From Octopus vulgaris (Eukaryota), in contig OX597819.1 of the NCBI GenBank assembly GCA_951406725.2, forward strand, positions 92,690,001-92,754,000: a stretch of 64,000 bases of DNA, in the 5' to 3' direction. The translations under genes were made by a program, and so were the position numbers. The notes below the pieces were generated by a model. That model saw only the letters and a program-made list of their open reading frames with translations, made no database searches and was not told the origin of the DNA. Of this stretch, positions 1 through 12,886 are shown piece by piece. How positions within the stretch are numbered: the first letter of the stretch is position 1; every line of letters begins with the position of its first letter.

Positions 1-203
1 TCTTTCGCATCATCTCCTCCTCCTCCTCCCCTCCACCTCCCCAATATCATCTGTAACGTCATCAGCTGCATGAATGAGAGCAGTAGTACAGACGACTTTT
101 GTTCTTATGTTCTTATTCTTACAATCTGTCCAAAGGAAATCCTTACAAACTCAGTCACTATAAAACGCGGAAGGAGAACAGTTTCATACGATATCAGTCA
201 CTA

Positions 204-649
204 AGGCAGCGAGCTGGCAGAAACGTTAGCACGCCGGGCGAAATGCTAAGCAGTATTTCGTCTGCTGTTACGTGTTGAGTTCAAATTCCACTGAGGTCGA
301 CTTTGCCTTTCATCCTTTCGGGGTCGATTAAATGAGTACCAGTTACGTGCAAAAGAGTTTTCGTAACCGCAGATGTCGGCTTTTTACACTTATGCACTTC
401 AGGCCACTTTTAAAAGCTGTTCCTCACAACAAGGTAATATGAACCTTTAAGCGGACATGCGCAATCAACATGCAGTTTGGACCATGGAATAGCTGTTTAT
501 GGTCACAGTTGCCATTTAGTGGTGGTTACATTTGCAGCTAAGGCACACCCTCTACATGTTCTCACTATTCTTCATAATCGACTTAATCCGTTTGCCTGTC
601 CTTGTTTGTCCTCTCTGTGTTTAGCCCCTTGTGGGTAGTAAAGAAATAG
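204..649 (+). mobile_element. tRNA-derived SINE (Nin/Deu-domain type), interrupted by a ~230 bp insert at 347-574
   Basis: GGCAGCGAGCTGGCAGAAACGTTAGCAC head, GAGTTCAAATTCC B-box-like motif, GGTCGACTTTGCCTTTCATCCTTTCGGGGTCGAT core; near-identical copies at 4108 and 17400. Confidence 0.85.
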
Positions 650-812
650 GTATTTCGTCGGTCTTTACGTTCTGAGCTCAAATTCCGCCGTGGAGGATTT
701 TACCTTTCATTCTTTCGAGTTCGATAAGATAAGCACCAATGAGGCATTAGAGTCGATGCAAATGTCTAGTCCCCTTCCTCAAATTTCAGGGCTTGTATCC
801 ATAGTAGAAAGG
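650..812 (+). mobile_element. 5'-truncated degenerate Nin/Deu-type SINE
   Basis: TATTTCGTC...TTCTGAGCTCAAATTCCGCC...CCTTTCATTCTTTCGAG similar to the adjacent copy. Confidence 0.65.
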
Positions 813-1278
813 ACATTAAATCAGATATTCCAAATTAAGTAAAATATTCTGTTGACGCTTTCGGGATCAAATCTTCTTGAAAAATGAATTTGCAGTTACT
901 TGCACTCCAACGCTGTTTTATAATTAAGAACTAGAATTAAATACAAAACTATAAGATGAAAAGATTTGAAAATAAATCGGCAAAGCCAAAAATCAATCAA
1001 TTTAGTACATCGATATTTACATCTATCTTTCATCTTTTAGTTGTTTCAGTTTTTGGAATGCGTCCAGGCTTCAATCCCGCCTTAACGGGTTTTAGTCCAT
1101 TAAGTAGACATCCGTATATATTTATTGAAGTCTGGTGTATATTCTAAGGGCATCTTCTGTAGTACCGCGAAACAAACCAGCACCGATTATCCAACACGGG
1201 TGGGTGGGGTAAAAATGTAGACACAAAGACACGCACACGTCAACGCTTGCACACATCACACATATGTCTATGTATGTA

Positions 1279-3411
1279 TGTTTTATATCCTGGTGTTGGA
1301 TAAATAATTTAACGAAGCAGGGGGAAAGAAAGTATTCATACAACGCATTACGATTATTGTTACACGAGGTTAACCGCTCTCTACCAACGGCCCATAGCGA
1401 ACTGATTTCTAATCGATTGCTCACAGCACTTTATGTTATAGCAGTATGTCGGTCCACTTTACTCACATGGAGGAGACAGCATAGAATTAGTCTCCCCTAA
1501 CTTCTCTTTTGAGAATTCAGCTCCGCTCAGATTTTGATATCTCTTACGCTTAGGGTTCGATTCCAGTGTTTCCGTTCTTTTCCGTTTTCAGGTGCTAGAA
1601 CGCGTAGTTTCAAATTGTTTTGGTGTTGGTACCTCAAACGTGTCGTATAATACTTTCATGTGGATTTCATTTCTCGCGACTGTTTTCTCAGTGAATGTTT
1701 TTCAAGTTGGTTAATATGCCTTTTATGTTCGACATTTTTCCTTTTACCAGGAATGATATTCTTTCAAGTTGTTTAATAATTACACACTCCACCCATCTTT
1801 CTTAACTATATAGATAGGTTTAAAAAAAACTTTGTCGCCTAACATGAAGAATTTTGAAGTATATTTATTGTTCGCCATTTTTTCTATTTTTAAGCGGTAT
1901 CAACTTATCAAAAACGGATCTAATCTTTCTAGCAAATATCAGTTCTGCGGGTGACATTCCAGACGGGGTATTCGGATTAGTTGTTACTCGGTATACTCTT
2001 AGAAAATGTTGAAGTGCAAGGTCGTCCATTACCTCATTGTTAGCCTTTTTTAATGCCCTCTAGAAAGTGTCAATAAAACGCTCCGCTTGACCATTTGACC
2101 TAGGAAAATACGGTGGAGTGGTGATATGTTCGGTAACGAACATTTTACAAAATTTTCTGAACTCGTCTGAAGTAAATTGAGTTCCATTATCAGATACAAT
2201 GGTATCAGTAATACCCTATCTGACGAACAATTCGTGCAAAAGAGTTTTCGTAACCGCAGATGTCGGCTTTTTACACTTATGCACTTCAGGCCACTTTTAA
2301 AAGCTGTTCACCACAACAAGATAATATGAACCTTTAAGCGGACCTGCGCAATCAACATGCAGTTTGGATCATGGAATAGCTGTTTATGGTCACAGTTGCC
2401 ATTAATGGTGGTTACATTTGCAGCTAAGCACACCCTCTACAAGTTCTCACTATTCTTCAGTGTCACGGTCCATTGTTGGCAATATACATAACTTCTCATT
2501 CACGATTTCATTCTCAAAATTTTATTTAGCTGAATACACGTCATTGATTGGTTGAAATTACCGAAATACGACAACATAAACGTGAAATAACTTCCTAAGT
2601 ATAAGGTTTTCTCAAAAAACGCTAAGAGTAAAAGATGTTCTTTATGACACATTCTACCAGTATCCGAAGTTTGAAAGTGTTTAGTTACAAAAAATTATTT
2701 TTTAAATCTGTCGGTCAAAAGGTAAAGATCCCAAAAATGACCTCCGGGGTAGGTATCGGATAGTGGAATATTTTAAGATATTCGCTTAAACCAGTGGGAA
2801 AGTCAGCGCACATACTGATTTAAGTGTTGGTCCTGTTCTAATTTTGTTAATATCCGGTAATGTATATCTGCATCTTGGTTTGCAGTTAACACTTGAACGA
2901 AAATTAGACATTTGAACATGTCCAAGGTTAAATAATTTAATTTCAATTTTCGACACTCTCTGTTAACAACCCTAGCATAGGTGACGAAATCTCCATAATC
3001 TTGGACGGCTGCTCTTGTTGCTGGTATAGTTGCTGCCGTCGCTAATGTAGTTGCTGTTGTATTTGCTGTTGTTGATGTTGTTGTTGCAACTGCACCACAG
3101 AGGCCAACAAGTTCTTCATGTGAAAAGATTTGCTCTTTGGTTTCGTACTAAAAAAAATTCTAGACGTCCGACTCAAGCTTTGAACAACTCGTTGCCACTT
3201 TTATATCCTGGTGTTGGATAAATAGCTTAACTAAGTAGTGGGGAGAAAGTATTCGTAAGTCGCACTACGATTACTGCTCCACGTTGTTAACCGCTCTCTG
3301 CTACGCCCCACAGTGAACTGCATCCTAATCAATTGCTCACGGCAGTTAATTTTTTAGCAATGTGTCAGTCCACTTTAGTCACATGGGGGTAGTCGGAATA
3401 CTTCACCAACA
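1279..3411 (-). mobile_element. Internally deleted Ty3/Gypsy LTR retrotransposon with both LTRs
   Basis: Diverged direct repeats ~1279-1490 and ~3198-3411; on the minus strand a TG start, PBS-like TGGCAACGAG after the 5' LTR, purine tract AGAAGTTAGGGGAGA before the 3' LTR and a CA end; gag-like and integrase remnants inside. Confidence 0.85.
1880..2460 (-). pseudogene. Gypsy integrase core (rve) remnant
   Basis: Manual translation: LHVDCAGP...IVSDNGTQFTSDEFRKFC...TPPYFPRSNGQAERFIDTF*RAL...FLRVYRVTTNPNTPSGMSPAELIFARKIRS, with stops. Confidence 0.9.
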
Positions 3412-3469
3412 GTATGTATATATGTATGTAATATATATGGATGTGTGCGTGTATCCAAATAAAAAGATG

Positions 3470-3738
3470 AATTAAATAGAGAGATACTATTGACAAGCCA
3501 ATAATTTATTTATATTATGTTACATGATATACTATGAATATGATATAACATAATATTATATAACAAACAATTATTTAAAAAAAAGACATAAAGGGTCAAC
3601 AAATTATCAGAAAATATATGTAAGTCGAAACAATTAGTTGGCCTTTTATGGGTTTTAAAATAATTGTTTATGTTACATAATATTATGTTGCATTATAATA
3701 AATTATTGGTTTTGTCAATAGTGTCTCTCTATTTAATT
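3470..3738. repeat. Degenerate palindromic (fold-back) insert next to microsatellite
   Basis: AATTAAATAGAGAGATACTATTGACAAGCCAATAATTTATT mirrored by AATAAATTATTGGTTTTGTCAATAGTGTCTCTCTATTTAATT; GAAACAATTAGTT near the centre. Confidence 0.7.
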
Positions 3739-3861
3739 TATTTTCGTAATTGCATTATACCAATATTTATATGGTATCCAACTGATGTACCAGTGAACTG
3801 TATGTTTAACACACCCCTTTGAAAGATTTATTTTCCTCAGTTTGTTACTATATATATACAA

Positions 3862-3903
<42 letters not shown>

Positions 3904-4107
3904 ACACAAACCCTTTAGGGTATAAGATTGCAATACTTGAAATTAAAAGGCATACGCTTGTTCACAGAAACATTACTTGAGGGCAAAGATGCAGAAGAAA
4001 CTTGATTCATATCTGTCATTTGTGTTTTAAACCCTGTCAGTCAGCGGCTGGTCTTAGAAGTCACCTGAGGGCTCATCAATGGAGGGATTATGCTGTGTGA
4101 TGGTGTG

Positions 4108-4329
4108 GGCAGAAACGTTAGCATACCGGGCGAAATGCTTAGTGGTATTTTGTCTGCCGTTACGTTCTGAGTTCAAATTCCGCCGAGGTCGACTTTACCT
4201 TTCATCCTTTAGGGGTCGATTAAATAAGTACCAGTTACGCACTGGGGTCGATATAATCGACTTAATCTGTTTGTCTGTCGTTGTTTGTCCCTTCTGTGTT
4301 TAGCCCCTTGTGGGTAGTAAAGAAATAGG
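4108..4329 (+). mobile_element. Nin/Deu-type tRNA SINE
   Basis: Same head, core and tail as 204-649 and 17400-17632. Confidence 0.85.
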
Positions 4330-4373
4330 TGTGGGTTGATGGGATGGTATCTGTCAAGATGAAGCAATCATAC

Positions 4374-4404
<31 letters not shown>

Positions 4405-4495
4405 CAGAGAGAGAGACAGAGAGAGAGACAGAGAGAGAGAGAGACAGAGTCAGACAGAGAGACCGAAAAAGAGACAGCGAGATGGAGTGAGAGTA

Positions 4496-4534
<39 letters not shown>

Positions 4535-4943
4535 TTTAAGTTAGAGGCGTTCAAAACCTCTAAGGGATGGTTTAATCCAAAGGCTTCCTCCATTTACTAC
4601 GAACTTTCTATAACTTAAGTCCAAAAGACACATAAATACTTTACTGAGTAATACTGGACTGAGTAATCCGGATAGAGTTAGCCTCCTTTCAACCATGAAT
4701 TAGAGTTAACCCACTCTATTTATACCACCGGTGAAAAGTCTAGCCACAATGAACACGTGTAAAATATGCGCCTACTTAAACTTGGGACTACAGATCATAA
4801 TAACGTCCATCCTACATCCACTTTGCAGCAGAATTGTCAACTAAGAATTCTACTATAATGTAAGATTCACCATTCTTTGTCTTTACTCTCGTTACCAATG
4901 TATTTCTATGTCTTTCGCTCTTCTCACCTCTACACATGATTCT

Positions 4944-4997
4944 GCATTCTGATGATGTCTACCACCACAACTGGTAAACAGAAACGATCGTAAATCT
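4944..4997 (+). ncRNA. Minimal type I hammerhead ribozyme motif
   Basis: CTGATGA 4949-4955; stem II TGT.TACCA/TGGTA.ACA; GAAAC-GATC-GTA 4981-4992; stem I weak (ATT/AAT); lies in a ~570 bp insert between (TA)n and (TATC)n. Confidence 0.65.
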
Positions 4998-5105
4998 ACT
5001 ATTACTACCACTGTTCTTTATCAATTAATTAAATTAATGGCTTACAAACGCAAACGACTAACTTCTTCCTGTTATTTTTCCTCCATTTCTCCTTGCATAT
5101 ATCTG

Positions 5106-5194
<89 letters not shown>

Positions 5195-5293
5195 GACGCT
5201 TGTCCAAGTTGGCGCGCATTACGACTGAATTCATAACGCCTTGACTGCAAAGTGAGTTGCTTAGCTACACACAACCATGCTTGCGCTTATAGC

Positions 5294-5399
5294 AAAATAT
5301 GGAACGCTTTACGAAATTGCGGGCTATCCTTGAGCAGGGACCATGTTAATCTTCTCTGTTTCATTCCAATTTTAGGATATATCCTGGCGAAGCAAGTAC
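5294..5399 (-). pseudogene. U6: Full-length U6 snRNA pseudogene
   Basis: Reverse complement aligns end to end with U6 (GTACTTGCTTCG...ACAGAGAAGATT...CCATATTTT); ACAGAGA intact, AGC triad changed to AAC, many substitutions. Confidence 0.9.
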
Positions 5400-5589
5400 A
5401 AATGTCCGCCCATTCATACATTTATTACATACATACAAACATATGTACAAATATTAAATGTAAAAGTATGTATGTATATACATGTATATGCATACATATA
5501 TATATATATATGTATATATGTGTGTGTGTGTTATGCATATATATATATGTGTGTGTATGCATATATATATGTGTGTGTATGGTATTTTT

Positions 5590-6230
5590 TATTCCCTCAG
5601 TCTGGGGTGTTTCACATCACCTCTGTATGTGTTTTTGTCACAGCTGTTGGCCCGTTTTGTATACAAGGGAGTTTGATTCCGCTGCCCTCGTCTGCACCTC
5701 ATTAGGCTGTTGGTTCTTCCAGTATTGTGTGTGTGTGTATGTGGGTGGATGTCTGGTTTTGTTTTGAAAACATCTACTTCCACTTTATGTAGATTTCTTA
5801 GTTTTTGTGGCAGGGCATTGAAGAGCTGTCGGCCTTTGAGCCCTAGACTACTGCAGTACCTGGTTCTGAATTTAGATGGAGTGGATGGTATCTTTTGTAC
5901 AATACAATGGTGGCCACTTCTGGCATGCATTTGTATAGCACTCAATGCCCACATTAGGTACTAGCCCTTCTAGAATTTCCCATATGTAGATTATTGCCTA
6001 TCTCTAACGCCTTAGCTGCGGGGAGTAAAGTTGCAATCTTCTCAGCATATCCCTGTAACTCATCCACTGCACTGTTTCCATTTTTTAGTGTAGTGGTGTT
6101 GAACTGCTTCAAGCTCCGCTGTTAGTTTGGCACTATGTGGTGACCATAATTGGGAGCTGCAATCCAAGCAGCTGAAAACAAATGTTCCTTGGCATCTTGT
6201 CTTGAAGTTCCTTGGCCTCTTGTCTTGAAG
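5590..6230 (-). mobile_element. CR1/L2-group LINE 3' fragment
   Basis: SSQLWSPH..LEAVQHHYTK, IIYIWEILEG, GRQLFNALPQKLRNL..VDVFKTK are typical C-terminal ORF2 motifs; frameshifted. Confidence 0.75.
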
Positions 6231-7809
6231 AATCTCTCTCTCACTCTCTCTCTCTCTCTCTCTCTCTCTTATATACATATACACATGTATAGTTGAAATT
6301 TACAGACAAGCTGAAGACAAAGACAGGTGTATTGGTTTGAAGCTCGGCGAGGAGAGAAAAGAAGGATTTCATGAAAACATAACAAACGGATAATTTGACT
6401 AAATCATAACACAATGAAAATTAATATCTAGTTCCTCATCAGCCAACGTCCAAGAGATCATAACAGTTTCGCGCTGTTATCGTTGAGACCATTCCTTACT
6501 GGATGTGCCAGTTGTAAAGAACCACTTGAAATAGCTAACTAATGGACAGGAAAATGACGAAAACAAACAAGACAAACTGAAATAATTAAAATAATTGTAC
6601 ATATACGACAAAAACAAAAACAGCTGTATAGCTACCAGCCAGAAGAATATGGGTAACCCAAAATAAAATGAAAATGTCCTAAAGGACTGGAGACAAGAGA
6701 ATGACAGAAGGAAGGATGATGTATACAAACCGTGGAGGAAGAGGTTGAAAGAGCACAAAAAAGCATCACCGGCCTTGATGTCGGCAAAGCAAACAAGAAT
6801 GTCACAGGCTTAGATGGTTACGGCTCACAAGTAGTGGGAGGAGAATGAAAGAATCGTGGAGGGCAGGGAGAAGAAACGTAGGAGAGTAATCGGGATGGAA
6901 AGAGAGAAAGCAGAGATAGAGAGAGAGGGTGAAAGTCAGAGAGACATAGAGATGAAGGAAAAAGAGTGGCAAAGAAAAGAAAAGTGTCAGATTTGAGAAA
7001 CGTACACAAAATATTCCAAGAATATTTTTGTGACTGGGGAAAAAGTATAAGGAGTGTGTTGCGTTGCATAAATAACATTTCAAGGATTTCATACAGACAT
7101 AAGAAAGGGAAAATTTAAGTAGAACAAGCGGAAATTTTGACGATATACACACGTATATATATTATAAAAGAGAATCGAATCTCCGTCTATCTGTCAGTGA
7201 CAACTTCTATGTGAAGGAGGAGATGAGGAGGAATCGAAATATACGTCACAAGGTATATGTACAAGAAGGCGAGCAGACAACGTTGTTGTTGAGAGATAAA
7301 TACAGTGACAAAGAGAAAGAGAGAGAGGGAAGGAGGAAGTTCGAGTGTGTATGATGGATAGATAGACAAATAGATTGATAAATAGATAGTGTTGTCACCA
7401 AAGTAACTAACAAGTTTTGATTAAAAAATGCAGGAATTTTAAGTGTAAGCCTGTCAACACAATACAACACAGATAACATATCTATCTTTTTGGTTATTTC
7501 TGTATGTGTGTGTGTGTGTATGTGTGTGTGTGTGTGTGTGTGTATTTCTGCATGATAATGTGTTTCTGTATGTCTTTCAACATATAGAGAACGCAACACA
7601 GAAATTAAAATAACTTCGATATAATAGCAAGATGTTGTTGTTGTTGTTGTTGTTGTTGAGGGAGAGAGAAAGAGAGATAGATAGATAGAAAGAAAGAGAG
7701 TGAGTGAGAGTGTGTGTGCGTGTGTGTGTCTATGTGAAAGAGAGAAATACAGTGAAAGAGAGAGAAAAAGAGATTGAGAGTGTGTGTATGTGCATGTGTA
7801 TGTGTGTAT

Positions 7810-7848
<39 letters not shown>

Positions 7849-8102
7849 TGTGACAGATAGAAATGAAATTTTGCTTCAAGAAAAACGAGCGGGTTGTTGC
7901 TGAGCATATCAATGTGATCAATAGTATAGGCTTCTGCTGAAGGTTCATCTTGAGTAGGTCGTTACCCGGCAGTGTAGCGATGGATGGGGTTTAGTAGATA
8001 TATTTTATGTATACACTCATGTCACACACACACATGCACTCTCCCTCTCTCTTACTTTCTCTCCCTCTCTCGTACGCACACACAAACACACACATATATA
8101 CT

Positions 8103-8336
8103 CTTTACTCTGTATTACTCTTTTACTTGTTTCAGTCATTTGACTGCGGCCATGCTAAAGCACAACCTTTAGTCGAGCAAATCGACCCCAGGACTTATTC
8201 TTTGTAAGCCTAGTACTTATTCTATCGGTCTCTTTGGCCGAACCGGTAAGTTACTGGTACGTAACACACCAGCATCGGTTGCCAAGCGATGTTGGGGGGA
8301 GAATACAGAAACACAAGAACACACACATACACACGC

Positions 8337-8369
<33 letters not shown>

Positions 8370-8834
8370 TACACACACATAAATATATATATATATATAT
8401 ATATATTATATTAAATTAGAGATAAAACCACTATTAGGCAAATCAAACAATGAAAAACATAAGCCAATACATAAAATTAATTTAATTTATATTATTTTAA
8501 ATATATATCAAATATTAAAAGTTTAATAAAAGGTAAAGAGTAAAACTCTACGATCGTTTCATGGCTGTACCAATTCGAATAACAATAATTTAAATTCAAT
8601 TAATAATTCGAGTTATGGTTACATTAAATCTTCAGGTTAATTGAAATATTTAAAAAATAATCAGAAATATTTAAACAATATTTTTACGATATAAATAATA
8701 TAATAATTTTACTTATATTAAACTATATTATCAAACTAGAAACATAAAACTTAACAATTATGATTATATCAAAATCAACTATAATGTTAAATATTAATTT
8801 TAATTTAAAAGGTAGGAAACCCACCAATAATCTA

Positions 8835-8867
<33 letters not shown>

Positions 8868-9032
8868 TACGACGGGCCTCTTTCATTTTCCGTCTACAAA
8901 TCCACTCACAAGGCTTTGGTCGGCCCGAGGCCATAGTAGAAGACACTTGCCCAACGTGCCACGCAGTGGGGCTGAACCCGGAACCATGTGGTTCGTAAGG
9001 AAACTACTTAGCACACAGCCACTACTACAGGC
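8103..9032 (-). mobile_element. Octopus OR/OK-like tRNA SINE with internal microsatellite and a nested insert at ~8412-8835
   Basis: Head ..GTGGCTGTGTG..GGTTCAGCCCCACTGCGTGGCAC.TTGGGCAAGTG at 9032-8870; 3' body and tail at 8320-8103; many copies in the window. Confidence 0.85.
8543..8642 (-). ncRNA. Hammerhead motif with long AT-rich stem II
   Basis: Minus strand CTGAAGA (8635-8629) ... GAAAC-GATC-GTA (8560-8549); stem II hairpin includes TCGAAT/ATTCGA; stem I weak. Confidence 0.6.
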
Positions 9033-9384
9033 ACACATATTGCTTGGCACAAAAGTAAATTTCACATTATAAATCTCACTTATAACACTTAATATCATTT
9101 TTGTAACGCAAATTAAATTAAGTTGATTATTAAATATTTTTTATATTAATTTCCGGTTTTTCTTTAGCTTTTTCATAACTTTTTGCTTTTCACTTGCACG
9201 CAAAAATGCCAGAGGATAATGTTTCCCATATTTCTTCACCGATTTCTGTATGCAATAAATAACCTGTCTTAAGTGCATCTCTTTCACTTTCTCTGTTGAT
9301 TACGGAATACTATTCGATTTACATCATTGTTCGTGCAAAAAAACATAGTCCACGTGAAAATTTCAGTGAAAGATATACATAGAT

Positions 9385-9548
9385 AGGCGCAGAAGTGGCT
9401 GTGTGGTAAGTAGCGTGCTTACAAACCACATGGTCCCGGGTTCAGTCCCACTGCATTGCACCTTGGGCAAGGGTCTTCTACTATAGCCTCGGGCCGACCA
9501 AAGCCTTATGAGTGGATTAGTTAGACGGAAACTGGAAGACGCCCGTCG

Positions 9549-9596
<48 letters not shown>

Positions 9597-9815
9597 TGTG
9601 TGTATATGTTTGTGTCTGTTTGTCCCCCCAGCATCGCTTGACAAGCGATGCAGGTGTATTTACGTCCCCGTAACTTAGCAGTTCGGCCAAATAAACCGAT
9701 AGAATAAGTACTAGGCTTACAAAAAATAAGCTCTAGGGTCATTTTGCTCGACTATAAAGGCGATGCTCCAGCATGGCCACAGTGACATGACTGAAACAAG
9801 TAAAAGAGTAAAGAG
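9385..9815 (+). mobile_element. OR/OK-like tRNA SINE, near full length
   Basis: AGGCGCAGAAGTGGCTGTGTGGTAAG head, ACCTTGGGCAAG CORE-like motif, internal (TA)n, GAAACAAGTAAAAGAGT tail. Confidence 0.9.
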
Positions 9816-11139
9816 TATATATACATTTAGATATATATATATGTGTTGGTGTGTAATCAAGAACCTTCAGATTCCTAAGTTACACCTTTAAGATATGTGA
9901 ATGAATTTTATACCTGAAGGAAGATATGTCAACTTTTGAACATTACAAATCAGTCACCGACAAGAGCATTCTCTACCTAAACGGAGTAGAGTAATGTTAA
10001 AAAGCGTTGCAGAGAAATGGTATGTATTGATAAAAAAAGAAAAAGAAAGAAAAAAAGAAATGCAGATACTTGTAACAAGAACACGAATATAATCCACATG
10101 CTAACGCGAAAACAAATCCTACCTAGGAAACTAAACACGAAATAACAACTTATTCGCTTAAGATGCTTAAATATAAGAGAGAATGTAAAGTAGTTAAACA
10201 AACTTTGCTGAAAGCATTTTCACATTCATATCGCTACTAGGGGAAGTCAAATTTTTGTAGCGCTTTCACCAAAACTTTCTTTAGGATGAGCGTGCTGCCT
10301 TCAGCGCTCGCGTGTTAAAAGGTCTTACTCTTGTGATTCCGTATCCGAGGTTTGACCTTGATGACTTTAGTTTTCATTTATGTGTTACAGAGCAAACATG
10401 GTTATGAATGTGCAGATAATACTCGAAAATGCAAGCTACTGCTGAACAAGCCATAAAACACCAGCCGTACACGATCCTCCTTTGACTATAAATTGATTGT
10501 AGAATGTCGACTTAGGAAAATTCACAGGGAAACCAAACACATTTAGTAGCTACAATAATCCATTTTATTTACTCCACACCTAGATATCCTACACCTTGTT
10601 GACAAAGAAGAGATGAATGTTTTACGTTCAATTGGAGGGAACAAGCACTAATGGATAGCATTATTTTTCAACAGAATAATAAACAATAATTATCTATAAC
10701 AGTTTTAGGTAAACAATTATATCATTTATTCATATCGGTCTAATCTCACTGTCATATGACACATTCGATGAAGAAAACGTTTTGTGTTACTCCTTGTTTG
10801 ATCACCACGTGAGGTCAATACATTGGTCAATAGATGGACATTGACCAATCAATTTGTGCTTTAACGGATAGCATTTTGAGCCACATTCCTACTTAAAAAC
10901 AAACTACTTCAATAACGGCCAGAATAGACATAATTAGCGACACGATTCCATAAATTATACGCTTTTAAAATCTCATGTGAAACCGGTAAAGTGTATTCCT
11001 TTATTTTAAGATATAATTAAATTCTAAATTCTAATATATTCTGTCCATTATCAGCTTAATTTCTTCTATCTCTCCACTTGTTAGGATTCATAACAATTTA
11101 CATATACATACACAATTAGGTTCGCCTAAACGTATATGA

Positions 11140-11660
11140 AGACGATCGGGTATCACTTTTACATTTTGTTGATTCTGAGGTGGCATGTTAGGCCAATTTT
11201 AGTATGAAAGCCCCTGTCACAATTGGAGAATATTATAGCAGAGACAGTACCTATTGAGAGCATTCACTCCCGTGCAAGCTGCTTCTTTCAGCTTCTCTGA
11301 TCATAACAAATTCAAAGCATTATACCTTTGAGTATACGACAAGACGCCAATGGGAATGTTCCAGAGGAAGGTGATCCCGAGTTGAGTGATCCAAGTTACA
11401 CGTTTGCACTGTGAGACCGATACTCGTGACATACATCACTTTTAAACTGCCTTTTAAGAAATTCACATCTTCGAGCAGCCTCGCTCTAAACACACCCTCT
11501 TCATTGAACACACCATTTGCCATTAGAAAGATCGGGACAACATACGTGTTGCTGAATCTGTGTGGTGCTGATTTCTGGGCCGACCACCACCCAATAATAA
11601 CCAAGTGCAATAAAGAAGGGGCAGCTGATCCCAAGGCAAATGAACGAAATTTGCCTTGAA
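11140..11660 (-). mobile_element. RTE-clade LINE 3' fragment
   Basis: Terminal NCDRGFHTKIGLTCHLR resembles the RTE C-terminal zinc-knuckle motif; degraded upstream. Confidence 0.6.
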
Positions 11661-11920
11661 CCTAAGTTAACTTAGATCCAAGGATAAACATTCTGTGGTT
11701 GAAGATACACTAACCCGCGCTCGCACTCTCTCTCTCTCTCTCACACACACACATATATCCTGTGCCATATAATGTATATATTGATAAAAATATATATATG
11801 TGTGTATGCATCTATGTATGTATATATATATATATATGTAAGTATTTATGTATGTATGTATGTATGTATGTATGTATGTATGTATGTATGTATGTATGTA
11901 TGTATGTATGCATATATATA

Positions 11921-12070
11921 TTGGTAAAAGCGTTAAGATAACAAAAGAAAGAAAGAGACCTCAATATTATGTAAATAGAGGAAATTTATCGGTGTTGTGT
12001 ATTTCCACGTCGGCATCCGAAACTCAGAGTTTTATCTTGGCTATTGAATAATTGTCACATATTATTTTAC
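11921..12070. mobile_element. Short head-to-head fragment of the Naiad-like pLTR family
   Basis: 11921-11990 matches 15355-15421; 11991-12065 matches 16508-16582 in the opposite sense, including CATCCGAAACTCAGAGTT; flanked by (TA)n. Confidence 0.75.
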
Positions 12071-12723
12071 ATATATATATATATATAATAGAAAATACAC
12101 ATTGTGTACAGGACATCAACGAGTGAAAAATACGTAAACGCACGAGAGAAAAGTTCAGGACAAAATAGCAAAAGAAGATAATTCCTCATCAGTTGTTGGA
12201 CTGTTTATTACTCCTAGTTCGTGCTTTTAACGACAATACAGGGAAACGTCATAAGACAGCAGCATCCAGAAATTTTAGAAATATAAAATTTAAAAGAGAG
12301 TTAGAGCTTCGAACGAACAAACAACCACTGAGAGGACGTACAGAATAAGCAATCAACGAAGACAAGCATCAAGGGCCATTAGGGTATTGGGTAATACCTA
12401 AGTGAAGTTTTTCAAGGAAATAGAACAATTAGAAGAGAAGAAAATGGTAGAATAGAATATCTAGAAGAGAAGAAAATAGAAGAAAATATCGGAAGTGGAG
12501 AAAAATTACATCCAACCCAATGAATATCTAGTCCAGAAAAGACAGGGGCAAGAAAAATAGCCTTTAATCACGTGTGAGTAACAGAGGCTGGTGATGTCCT
12601 GTACGCAATGTGTATTTCTTATTTTATTTATCTATAATCGAATGCCATTCAGCCTTGACCACAATAAATTTTTACATATATATAAGTGTGTGTGTGTATG
12701 TATGTATGCATGTATGTATGTAC

Positions 12724-12771
<48 letters not shown>

Positions 12772-12839
12772 GTAGTTATGTATATATATATATATATATG
12801 TATATTATACGTGTCTCTTTTTCTTTCTCTGTCTCTCAG

Positions 12840-12886
<47 letters not shown>

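Noticed and set aside
9385-9460. tRNA-like sequence at SINE heads
   Set aside because: Only A/B-box-like remnants fused to SINE bodies; no complete cloverleaf
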